Assembly: GCF_004010195.1 (NCBI RefSeq)
Contig: NC_057719.1
Span: 80,577,868-80,641,867 of the forward strand
From: Chiloscyllium plagiosum
Taxonomy: Eukaryota
Direction: 5' to 3'
DNA: 64,000 nt
A program made the translations under genes and the position numbers. Below are positions 53,020 through 64,000 of this stretch, in pieces (the stretch's first letter is position 1; each line of letters opens with the position of its first letter). Below the pieces are notes generated by a model. The model ran no database searches. It was not told the origin of the DNA and saw nothing but the letters and a program-made list of their open reading frames with translations.

Positions 53020-54687
53020 TGTTGGGACTGGAATAAGGTTGGCCAAGTGGATCTTATTGAGTATGAATTTCCTGATTGGTCCCAGGTTAAAGCCCCAATC
53101 AGGGAACCCTGGCTGACAGATATAAACAAGAGTCCCTACCCTCCCCTTCACTGTTTTGATCACACAGCACTGCCCTTTGATGTGAAGGGCAGTGTTTGTC
53201 ACTGGCCACCCGGGTGTTTTCCTATCTTCCTTGTGGTGGAACTTGAATAAAGATTCATGCACTTTGTGACTTTCGCTGTGTCTCACACCTGCACACACAC
53301 ACCATGGGTGCTGGGGAAAAAATAAGCACTACCCCACTTAGGTGGTAGTGTGGGGGTTAATTTAAAAAAAGAAAAAAAAACAAAAAAAGAAAAAACTGTA
53401 GTGTGAAGAAAATAAAAAAGAAAAAAATAAACAAGAGAGATACCTGCGCGCACACACACATGGGTGCTGGAGGAAAAAATAAGCACTACCGCAGTTAGGT
53501 GGTAGTGTAAGAAAAGGAAAAAAAAAGGAATGTCAGAGGTTCTGTTCAATCTGAGAGCTGGCTCTTGAGGGAGCTGGACCAGTGTGAAGAAGAAGAAAAA
53601 AATAAACAGGAGAGACACCTGCACACACACACAACATGGGTGCTGGAAAAATAAGCACTACCGCTGTTAGGCAGTAGTGTGGGGGTGGAAAAAATAAAAT
53701 TAAAAAAAAACAGGAAAAAAAATAAACAGGAGGGTCAAAAAAAATAAACCGGATGGTCGAAAAAAAATTTAAGCAGGAGGGTCAGATGCTAGAAAAGAAG
53801 AAAACAAAGAAAAAGAAAAAAAAAGAAGAGAAACACCTGCACACACACAACATGGGTGCTGGGGGGAAAAAAATAAGCACTACCGCAACTAGGCGGTAAA
53901 GCAATGAACAAAGCAGTGTCAGGAAAAAAAGAGAAAAACATAATAAACAGGAGGGTCAGGGATCCTGTTCAAAGATTTAAATAAGATTAGATTAGATTAG
54001 ATTAGATTACTTACAGTGTGGAAACAGGCCCTTCGGCCCAACAAGTCCACACCGACCCGNNNNNNNNNNNNNNNTTTTTTTGGATTGTGGGAGGAAACCG
54101 GAGCACCCGGAGGAGGAAACCCCAGACACAGGGAGAATGTGCAGACTCCACACAGAGAGTTGCCTGAGGCGGGAATTGAACCCAGGTCTCTGGTGCTGTG
54201 AGGCAGCAGTGTTAACCACTGTGCCACCGAGCCGCCCACAAATGAGGGCTCATTCGGGATAACAGGGGGAAAAAATTAAAAAAAAACAAGAATCGCACCT
54301 ACACACACATGACATGGGTACTAAACAAAATGAAAGAAGAAAAAATAAATAGGAGTGTCAGAGCTGTCTCTGAGGAAGCTGGATCAGTGTATGAAGGACT
54401 CTCCGTTTTGAGTGTTAGGGAGAGGGACTGACCTCCGAACTGCCTGAACCACACAGTCAGTATGTTATTACTGCTGTTGGGTTTCCGACTGAGCAGGTTT
54501 TTCTTTTGTCTCTCCCCTTTGTTTCAGGTGGACTTTGCTTTGATTTCTTTATTTTTCTTTATTGTGTCTCAGGAATTCTCCTCACTCTAGGAACTGGCTC
54601 AGATGTCTGATCAGAGCCCATGTACTGTGCGCATGTGAATAAAGGGTGACTTGGTGACAAGATACCAGCCTCTGTGCAGTTATTTCA
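53020..54687 (+). mobile_element. Solo-LTR-family element expanded by internal A-tailed repeat units and an HE1 SINE
   Basis: TG...CA ends, 5-bp TSD cctgt/cccgt (53015-53019, 54688-54692); both ends homologous to the LTR at 12863-13095. Confidence 0.7.
53983..54237 (-). mobile_element. HE1-like V-SINE spanning a small N gap
   Basis: (agatt)n tail, V-domain and head on the minus strand. Confidence 0.88.
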
Positions 54688-55249
54688 CCCGTCCCTGTAA
54701 TCTGAGCCTCTGGGTGTCTCCAAAGCTAATACTGGGACTGGTCTGAAGTTATAGACTCTCTTAATACAGGATGCAGTCATCATTGCCCAAGTAGAGACAG
54801 CAGAGTCTGCCTGGAAAGACAAAGAATTGAACGGAATGCTTTATACAAATCAGTTTGCAAAATGTATAATTTTTCTGTGTGTCAATGGGGGGATTATTTT
54901 GATCAGTTTAAGGATTTCCTTTCCTCAAACCATTTAAAATATGTTTCACACAGAATCATTAATTGTGATTAGCCTTGGATTATTACACTTATAGGTGGGT
55001 ATAAAAACGCGACAATAATGGGTGAAATTAACCAACTAATCCCTGTTGATCCCAACGAGAAGAAATGAATGCTCAGTGTTTACACTGCATAATATTAAAA
55101 TACTTGGATTTCTAATCTGTGATTTGGTGGCTAATGAGACACTTAGGAAGAGCAGGGTGACTGAGGGAGGCTCATGTGCTGTCTAGTTTAACTTCATATC
55201 ACTAAACACTTTTGCACATGAACATTTGAGATTAGATAAAGAATCTACT

Positions 55250-55581
55250 TAGAATCATAGAACCACTAATGTGGAAACAGGCCATTCAGCCGATTAAATC
55301 CACACCACATCCCATCCAGACCCACCCCCATCTTAATCTATAACCTTACGTTTCCCATGGTTAATACACCCCAACCTGCCAATATCCGGACACTCTGACT
55401 AATTGAGCACGACCAATCCTCTGAACCTGCACATCTTTGGACTGTGGGAGGAAACTGGAGCACCCGAAGGAAAGTCACACAGACACTGGGGAGAATGTGC
55501 AAACTCCACACAGAGGCTGGATTCAAACCCGGGTCCCTGGCGGTGTGCAACAGCCTTGCGAACCACTGAAACCACCATGCT
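55250..55581 (-). mobile_element. HE1-like V-SINE
   Basis: Reverse complement of HE1. Confidence 0.82.
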
Positions 55582-55629
55582 TAAACAGTAATCTGTTACA
55601 TTATTGAGAAATTCTAAGATACATGCAGT

Positions 55630-57608
55630 AGAATTGCAAGGATGGCAAGTTTTGCCATCTGAATCTTGAGATCATTTCGCTGTATCTTATTCACTTGTCA
55701 CATGCAGCGTGGTGAGATTCTCTCCAGCTCATTATTGCTTGTTAAATGCTTTGTTAACAGCTCAAGTTGCCATGGGTTGTTATCGTGACCAATATTGCCA
55801 AGCAAACTGGCCATTGAGAAAATCTGACTTGGAAACCAGCGTGGGTTCATGGCGGGTGCGAGTCACCACTTTCTCTGAAAGGTGCCAACGTCTTAGGCAC
55901 ACTCTATGGGCACTGACTGCATAACACCACATTGATGGCCATTGACATCTAACATCTGCCAACCTCTATGAACCCCCATGGCACATCTTCGATCCACTTA
56001 AAAGGGCACTTCTGTATTTCAATGGTGCACCAGCAACTTTCATTCTAGTGTTGCAGCACGAACCACGGTGTGCTCAGGGACACGCACCCAGCTCACGGAC
56101 TGGAGCAGGCTGTTCACTGGCGATTAAAGCATTCACTCACTCTAAGTCTACATGGAATCTCACAGCATCTCTGCCTTGCATTGCCTCATTGTGGATCACC
56201 ACCTCAAAAAGAGATACTGGGCTCATAATACTACTGTTGTGCTGTGCCATTCAGCAAAGAAGCAATGCCAGGAAGAGTGCCAGGATTGTCAGCCAGTTTC
56301 AGTCCAGTCAATGGGGGATAGCCTTCGCCCAGGAGATGCCATCCTCGGAGGCCAGTCCCTGCTCGCCTCAGTACCCTACGCTGATAAGGGATGAGGTGCT
56401 GAAGGAGGGGCAACACACACCAAATGTCTTGAATCTTTCCGCCCTATTAGGAGCTGTTGTGCTCCTGGAATGAGAGAGAGAGAGGCGGGTTTCACGGGAG
56501 ATGGAAGTGGGTGCTACTGTCAGCCCAGTTGGGGAGGTTCCCCTGGTGAGTGGGCATGCCGCACAGAGGGTATGCAGGGCTAGGTGGTGTTGGGGGTTGG
56601 GGTGGATGAGGGGAAGGTGTTACTGGCAATGGTGAGATTGGTAGAGCAGGAGCCTTGATGGGAGGTGGGGCAGAGTAAGAGGTGCCAGAGAGAAAATGGT
56701 GGCACCTACACTGGCAGAGTGGAGATGAACATCGACCTTCTCCTTACAGAATGGGCTTTCCTGCAGGCGGCTGAGACTGCACTAACCGGCGTGGGGGTTG
56801 GTCAACCTTGGGCCGGGGCTGATATGGTCTGGTGTTGTGGCTTCCACTGCCAGTCCCAGAGGGGCTGATAAGAAAATCCTGTCCGTGCATCACCCCATCC
56901 AACGGGAAACCCAGGGCCAAGCAAGGTACTGATGTTCCCCTGTCTGACAATGCTCAGGGTAAATGTCAGTAACCATGCAGGGCACCACCAGACTGACAGG
57001 GCTTGTCCAGGTACACAATGGTCTTTCGAAAGCAATGGTACTGGGGCTGTAGTTGCCAGTCAATTCCAATGAATTGCAAATTACTTCAGGAAAGGCATGT
57101 GATTAAGATGAGGCATAACATTGGACGTGATTCTCACCGTGAGGAATGACACCCCAATTAATGTGGCCAGTTTGTTACAACTGAGAGAGAACACTTAGAA
57201 TCATAGAATCCCTAGCATGCAGGTAGAGGACATTCGGCCGATCGAGTCCACACCAACCCTCCGAAGAGCATCCCACCCAATCCCTGAAACCCTGCATTTA
57301 CCATGGCCAACCCACCTAGCCTGCACATCCCTGCACGCTATGGGGCAATTCCCCATGACCTAACCTGCACACCTTTGGACAGTGGGAGGAAACCAGAACA
57401 CTCAGGGGCAACTCACGCAGACACGGGAGAATGTGCAAACTCCACACAGACAGATGCTTGAGGCTGGAATCAAACCCGAGTCCCTTGCGCTGTGAGGCAG
57501 CAGTGCTAACCACTGTCATCCCCAGCTTGCTTAGCCTCACGGTGAGAATCACTTCACCAAACTGCACGTGATTTTCACTTAGCCAAAAAAACCCACAAGA
57601 TTCAGCCT
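55630..57608 (-). mobile_element. Possible ancient PIF/Harbinger DNA transposon remnant
   Basis: Minus strand near 56700-56940 resembles a Myb/SANT-like exon ending C.EKV..HLHSA|gtaggt; near 56310-56350 GWHLLGEGYP recalls the GWLLGDxGYP transposase motif; ggctgaatctt end. Very degraded. Confidence 0.4.
57197..57523 (-). mobile_element. HE1-like V-SINE
   Basis: Reverse complement of HE1. Confidence 0.87.
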
Positions 57609-58609
57609 CAAGTAAATCATCCTTCCACTGAACCCTATAACCTTGTTACCAAAGCTCACAACCAGTATAAAGGTACTTTGGAGTGTAATACAGCAATAAC
57701 AGTATATGACCACTGCCAACTATTCATACACAATGTTTGATTCATTGCTGCTTTACTTGTTGTCGATATCAAACGAATCTCTCATGAAACACCGGCAGCA
57801 TGGGGAGGGAAGCAGGAAGGAACTAAATCAAAATGGAGTTAGAGAGGTTAATAAAGGATTGTATCTTCTGCTTTCCTTATCTAAGTTGCAAATTGCCATT
57901 TGTAACACTTCAGTGCTGATCTTGCAATCAGCCATCATTAACTTTGCATATTTCCTGGCTCTGTGAATAAACTAAACTCGCGTTTCCCTCGACCTGACCA
58001 AATTGCTTCTTGCTTTTCTAAAAATGCTTTGCCTGCCCTCCTGCCTCGCTTGAAAATTTACAATTACTTCCCTTATTCTGTTCTCTTTACCTGTTGCTGG
58101 AAGTTCATGTAATCTCAGTAAGCCGATTTCTGCCTCATAATCATGTCTGGTAAATTGGGTTTGATGGAAAACCTTATCCCATTTCCATCATAAAACTGAA
58201 AATAGAAACATGTCTGTGGCCTAAGAGTGTTTTATTTTATGCCTATTTGTAAGTTGTTCGCAATGAATGGAGGTCACATATGGATCTCAGAAATCCTTGG
58301 CAAACCAGATTACAACTCAGCAGTTGACTTGGCTGTACACTGATGGGTGTTTGTGTTGGGGATTTGATTAAAACTGCCGTTTGCTAACTGTCACTGGATA
58401 TATTCCTACTGGTGTCGTCATGACATCTCATCACTTCTGACCGTTTGGTCCCTTAATATCCTCCCATGACTCAAGCCCAACCTCATGGAACCCTCTACAT
58501 CATACCAAACAACAGCGAACAAACTCCTTGATGATCTTTGAACCCCACCCGGACAGTTGGAGAGGATCAAGTTAAGTTGGTAAAACTGGGAAACCTGATG
58601 CCAACTCTT

Positions 58610-60830
58610 CGAGTCACGCAGTTATACAGTACAGAAGGAGCTCATTGGGTCTGTGCCTGCCTATCTACACCAATCCCATTGTTCAACACCAGACCCGTAG
58701 TCCTGAAGTCAGTGCTTGTCCAAGTACTTTTTAAAGATTGTGAGGTTTCCCGCCTTAACTACCCTCCAAGGCACTGCATTCCAAATGTCCAAAACCCTCT
58801 GGGTGAAATTGTTTTGCCTCAAATCCCCTCAAAATCCCTTGCCTTTCATCACTAAGTTACACCTTATTATTATTGGCCCTTCAACTAAGGGGAATTGCTG
58901 CCTCCTATCTACTCTGTCCCTGTAATCTTTATGCCTTAATCAAGTCCCCTCTCAGCCTTCTCTGCTTCAAAAAAGACAACCCAAGAAAAGAGCTTATCCA
59001 GCTTCTCTTCAAAGCTAATCCAACCCGGCAACAGCCTGGTGAATCCCTTCTGCACCCCCTCCAGTGCAATCACATCATTCCTGTAGTGAGATGACCAGAA
59101 CAGCACTCCAGCTGAGGTCAAACCAAACTTTCGTACAGCTCCAGCATAACCCCTCTGCTCTTACAATCAATACTATGAATGCTAAGGGGTGGTGTATACT
59201 TTCTTACATACCCTGGTAACCTGCCCTGCCAACAAGAGGGATCTGTGGCCAAGTACCTCAAAGATCCTCTGGTCCTCTGAGCTTCCTATTGTCTTGCCAT
59301 TCATTGAGTACTCCCTCACCTTCCCCTTGTTCCATCTTCTGAAGCGCATCACCGCACACTTCCAGGCTTAAGTTCCGTTTGGCACTGATTTGCCCATTTG
59401 ACCAACTTGTCCATATCCTCCCGTAACCTAAGACCTTCTTCCTCACTATCAACCACCTGGCTGTTTGTATTATCCACAAACATATTTATCACCCCCTTTC
59501 CCCACATTCTCATACGAACAATAAGGGCCCCAGTATTAATCCCTGTGGTATTCCACTAGGTACTCTACCCTGTCTTGTCTGGAGATCCTATGCCCTGGAA
59601 TGTCAAGTTGCCAGTCCTGTTCCTCCCTCAGCCACATCTCTGTGATGGCAACATTATCGCAATTCCACATGTCAACCCATATCCTTAATGTATCGGTCTT
59701 ATCCATAATACCCCTAACATGAAAGCTGAGGTCAACCAGCTTCGCCTTACTCCCCTGAATCGCAATATTGTTGAACTCTGTCTGTTCTGGTCCCTTGACT
59801 CTATTATGCTGTGTTCATATTGTACTAATCTTCCGTGTCCCCTCTCCCTGCTGTAGCAGTCTAAGCTCCTCCCATCAGCACTAGCAAATCCTTCTGGGAG
59901 GACATGGGTCTCATTCTGATTCAGGTGCAGACCATCTCATTGGTACAAGTCACTCATCCCTGCTCCCCTCCCCCCATAGAAACAGTCCCAGTGATCCAGG
60001 AATCTAAACTGCTCCCTCCTACGCCAACATCTGAGTCACACATTCATCTGCCCTCATCTTCTTTTGCTGTAATTCCTTACAAGTGGCACCGGGAGAAATC
60101 CAGAGATTGCAATTTTTGAGGTCTTATTTTTTAATTGCCTAGTTTCCTATATTCTTGCTGTAAGACCTCATTCTATTTACATGATTGATACCAACGTGTA
60201 CCACAATCTCTAATTTATTATGCTTCCCCTTCTGGACTTCCTGCAGCCTTTCATAAGACAATAAGATGTAGGATCAGAATTAGGCCTTTCAGCCCATCAA
60301 GATGCTCCCCCATTCGATCATGCTTGAATTCCATTCTCCTGCCTACTTCTCCTAAGCTTTGATCCCCATGATGATCAAGAACAGTACAATTGCCATCCCT
60401 GTCCCTATCTCTGTCAGCACACAATCCTGCAGTCAGATCTGTGGCCACGGAAATGCCAGTCTGCAACCCCCACTGTTGAGTCATCCACATTACTTCCCTT
60501 GAATTCCAGCTTCTCCCTCCTTGCATAGCCAGGCAATCCACACTGCTGTTCTCCCACACCATCACCAGTTTTCAAAACAGAGAAATGGTGATTGAGTGGG
60601 ATAGCCACTGGGGATTTTCTGTTTGCCTCACCCTTTGCCTCTTTTTGGTGATCACCCATTTCCTCTCTGCTTGCAGCTGCTTTGTCTATAGGGTGACCGC
60701 CTCAGAAAACATGGTATCCATGTAGCCTTCAGTCTCGAGCATGCATCTCTGTGTCTCTAGCCAACACTCAAGGTCCAGGAATTACGGCTGTTTGAATTTA
60801 TGGCATTCTGAAATGTTCCGCAAGTTGGAA
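58610..60830 (-). mobile_element. Old CR1 LINE with large internal deletions (ORF1 to 3' tail)
   Basis: Minus-strand FWSSHYRNDVIALEGVQKGFTRLLPG (ORF2 end), endonuclease remnant near 59590-59750, and PVAIPLNHHFSVL (ORF1). Confidence 0.7.
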
Positions 60831-60849
60831 GTTCTGCAAGTTCAGAATG

Positions 60850-61507
60850 TAAATCCTGTGCCCACACATCCCTCCTCACCTCCATCCAAGGCCTCAAAGG
60901 AGCCTTGCACATCCGGCAGAAATTTTCCTGAACATCCAAACACCTCATCTACTGTGACCATTGCTCCCGATGTGGTCTCCTCTACAGTGGGGAGATGGGA
61001 CACAGGCACCAATCAACCCTACCGCCCTGTGGTTGGACACTTCAACTCCCTATCCCACTCTGCCAAAGATACGCAAGTTCTGGGCCCCCTCTACCACCAA
61101 ATTCTAGCCACCCAATGCCCAGTAGAAGAACGCCTCATCTTCCGCTTTGGGACTTTCCAACCACACGAGATCAATGTCACCAGTTTCCTCATTTCCCCTC
61201 CGTCCACCTTATCCAAGATTCAACCTTCCAACTCGGTACCACCCTCTTGAACTGTCCTACATGTCCATCTTCCTTCCCACCTATCCACTCCACCCTCCCA
61301 TCCGACCTATTGCCATCACCCCGCACCTCCATCCACCTATCACATTCTCAGCTACGTTCCCCCAAGCCCCAACCCCCATCCCATTTATCAATCAGCCCCC
61401 TTGGGCGCCTCCCCATTCCTGATGAAGAGCTTATGCTCAAAACATCGACTCTGCTGCTCCTCAGATGCTGCCTGACTGGCTGTGCTTTTCCAGCACCACA
61501 CTCTCTC
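60850..61507 (+). mobile_element. Penelope-like element 3' fragment: GIY-YIG endonuclease remnant plus pLTR with family-B hammerhead tail
   Basis: QKFS*TSKHLIYCDHCSRCGLLYSGE and HFNSLSHS...EERLIFRFGTFQPHEIN, then a C-rich UTR and ctgatga-a-gagc-ttat-gctc-aaaac-atc at 61419-61446. Confidence 0.85.
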
Positions 61508-61789
61508 TCTCATTCCAACTTGTTACTGAATTCAAATTTCACCATCTGCAATGGTGGGATTTGAACAGCTGCCATCAGGAGATTCACTGGGGACACTGAA
61601 AGACTAGTCCAGTGGTAAAAGACTTAAGGGATGCATCCCTGAAGAGATTACATACTCACACTAATTCACTGGAGACACAGCAGTGTAACTAAGCAAAATG
61701 AAATCAGTTCGAACAGAATAGCACCAATACAAATATCAAGAGATTTCATCGGGAACATGAAAACGCAAAGCTGAGGTGGTAGAGAGAGT

Positions 61790-62447
61790 ACACAAACCTC
61801 CCAACAATGCATGGACACAAACCTCCCAACAACGCATGGACACAAACCTCCCAACAACGCATGGACACAAACCTCCCAACAACTCATGGACACAAACCTC
61901 CCAACAACGCATGGACACAAACTCCTCAACAACGCATGGACACAAACTCCTCAACAACGCATGGACACAAACTCCCAACAACGCATGGACACAAACCTCC
62001 CAACAACGCATGGACACAAACTCCCAACAACGCATGGACACAAACTCCCAACAACGCATGGACACAAACCTCCCAACAACGCATGAAAACAAACTCCCAA
62101 CAACGCATGGACACAAACCTCCCAACAATGCATGGACACAAACCTCCCAACAATGCATGGACACAAACCTCCCAACAACTCATGGACACAAACCTCCCAA
62201 CAACGCATGGACACAAACTCCCAACAACGCATGGACACAAACCTCCCAACAATGCATGGACACAAACCTCCTAACAATGCATGGACACAAACTCCCAACA
62301 ACGCATGGACACAAACTCCCAACAACGCATGGACACAAACTCCCAACAACACATGGACACAAACTCCCTACAAACCACCAGCACAAACCTCCCAATAAAC
62401 CACCAGCACAAACCTCCCAATAAACCACCAGCGCAAACCTCCCAATA
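61790..62447 (+). repeat. Minisatellite, 24-25-nt unit CACAAAC(C)TCCCAACAACGCATGGA, about 26 copies
   Basis: Directly visible tandem array; the last three units switch to cacaaacctcccaataaaccaccag. Confidence 0.97.
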
Positions 62448-64000
62448 GCATGTGCCCTGCCTTTGGCAGAGGCTGCAGATCATGCAGATGGCCTTATCAG
62501 CCATTTCTGAACACATTGAACCAGACTGGAAGGAAAACATCCCAGGACCTCAAGCCTCAGCCTGAGGAGAAGCAATTATCATATTAAAGTGAGGCACTAC
62601 ACTATTCATGGTTCTTTCTGCCCCAGGCCCATCCCTCAAGTAAACCTGCTGTGATCTGCTGCGTGACCTGTGGGCAACTTCCCTCATGAACTCAGCCCCC
62701 CACAACCTCTCTCTCCTCTTGCGTCCTGGGATCTCTCCCTTAGGCTTCTGTTTCCTTGCATCTTGTGATCCAAGCTGCAACCCCTCATTTCCTGTGATCT
62801 CTTTCCCTCCGCCTGACTGTCTTTTCTTGTGATCGGTAATCGTTCGTTCCCCATTAGCTGTCTGCCCGCAATCTAATAACAAGGTATTCTAGCCTGAGAG
62901 AAAGTTGACTGGCCCCTCTACTCAGTGAGGGTGAGTCACTAGCACCACAAAATCTCAAAGTAGCGAAACGCTGGAGATAATGAGCAATATGGAGATGATA
63001 TCATCCCCCTTCACTCAAACAAACAGACAAGGCAGCAAAGGCCAGGTTGCATCATGTCGGTGAAATTACATTACAATACAGATCCTGGCTTTGTAATTCG
63101 ATAATGTTGCGTGTGTACATCTTCTGATGGACCTCTGAGATTACCATGTAATATGACTGGTAGAAAGCTCTTGCTGTTAACCCATTGGACTCACTGGCAT
63201 AATCCATTCAGCACAGATCAGTGAAAGCAATACTTTGAAAGAAAGAGTCACATTTATATCGCACATGTCATACTCTGAAAATGTTCCAAAGTACTTTCCA
63301 CCTTTCACAGCACTTTTTGACGTATAGTCACTCCGAATTACTGGAAATTCCCATTTTTCAGCTTTTGACCCATAGTCCTGCAGGCTATGGCAATCCAAGT
63401 GGATATTTAAATGCTGTTACACCTCACTCGGGGAGTGCACAAGCCCCAGGATTCCTGGACTTGTCACTAAAGTTAAAAATGTTAAAATAAGTACACAAAA
63501 TTCTTCAATTTATCCATTTCCAGTCCCAGGTTAACAGACCAGCTTTCAGTAGTTGACAAGGTTTGTTATTTGTTCCGAGTAATTAGACCCTAGCTAGAGA
63601 TAAACAATTATAAACTGAGAGCATATGATGCAAATTAAAACTCTCACCTGTTTTTAAACTCCTGCTTACACACACGCGCGCGCCCACACACACACACACA
63701 CATAGACAGGCAGGGAAAGTAAGTTCTTGATGGAGAAAAACTGGGAAGACAATTCAGTGGTTTCTATTCATGGGTTGCTGAGATGATCCTTAGCATTCTT
63801 ATGCTGTTCAGAATTTTGGCTTTTCAGTTATCTTTCTCTGGATGCTTCCACTAGTTCATAAGACACACAAGGTAGCTGATTTATTTATAAAGAAAAATCT
63901 AATTTATCAGTTTGCAGCTTGCAACAACTGCTGAAGAAAAGATTAAACAGGATCTCTTCGGGTTTAAAGTGGTTTTTGACTGCAAAGAACAGAAAATCAG

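Noticed and set aside
61790..62447. CRISPR-like array or repetitive protein gene
   Set aside because: Units are contiguous with no unique spacers and no cas genes; the ORFs are by-products of a tandem repeat.

Overview
Eukaryotic (vertebrate) DNA with no prokaryotic features. The repeat content (HE1/V-SINEs, HER1-like CR1 LINEs) points to a shark or ray; that is an inference. Most of the window is transposon-derived. The only clear host gene is TMEM121, whose whole 312-aa CDS lies in one exon (39863-40801, +), preceded by a likely splice acceptor and an in-frame uORF. Mobile DNA includes a full-length but decayed CR1 LINE with a TSD (14183-18844), a 5'-truncated Tx1-clade LINE (about 50050-52564), a Penelope GIY-YIG 3' fragment (about 60850-61507), about 14 HE1 SINEs, a second tRNA-SINE family with its partner LINE, solo LTRs, Tigger-like and hAT-like MITEs, and a 24-25-nt minisatellite. 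Main points of interest: (1) three unrelated families of short Penelope-type insertions, mostly TSD-flanked, each carrying a minimal hammerhead ribozyme core with covarying stems and often arranged as inverted pairs; (2) an LTR expanded by an array of A-tailed hairpin units, most following the same ATAAACAGGAG motif, suggesting repeated sequence-specific retro-insertion; (3) an unexplained 78-bp inverted duplication and a UGA-CGG-terminated in-frame uORF just upstream of TMEM121. All coordinates were read by eye, and repeat boundaries are approximate unless a TSD is given.
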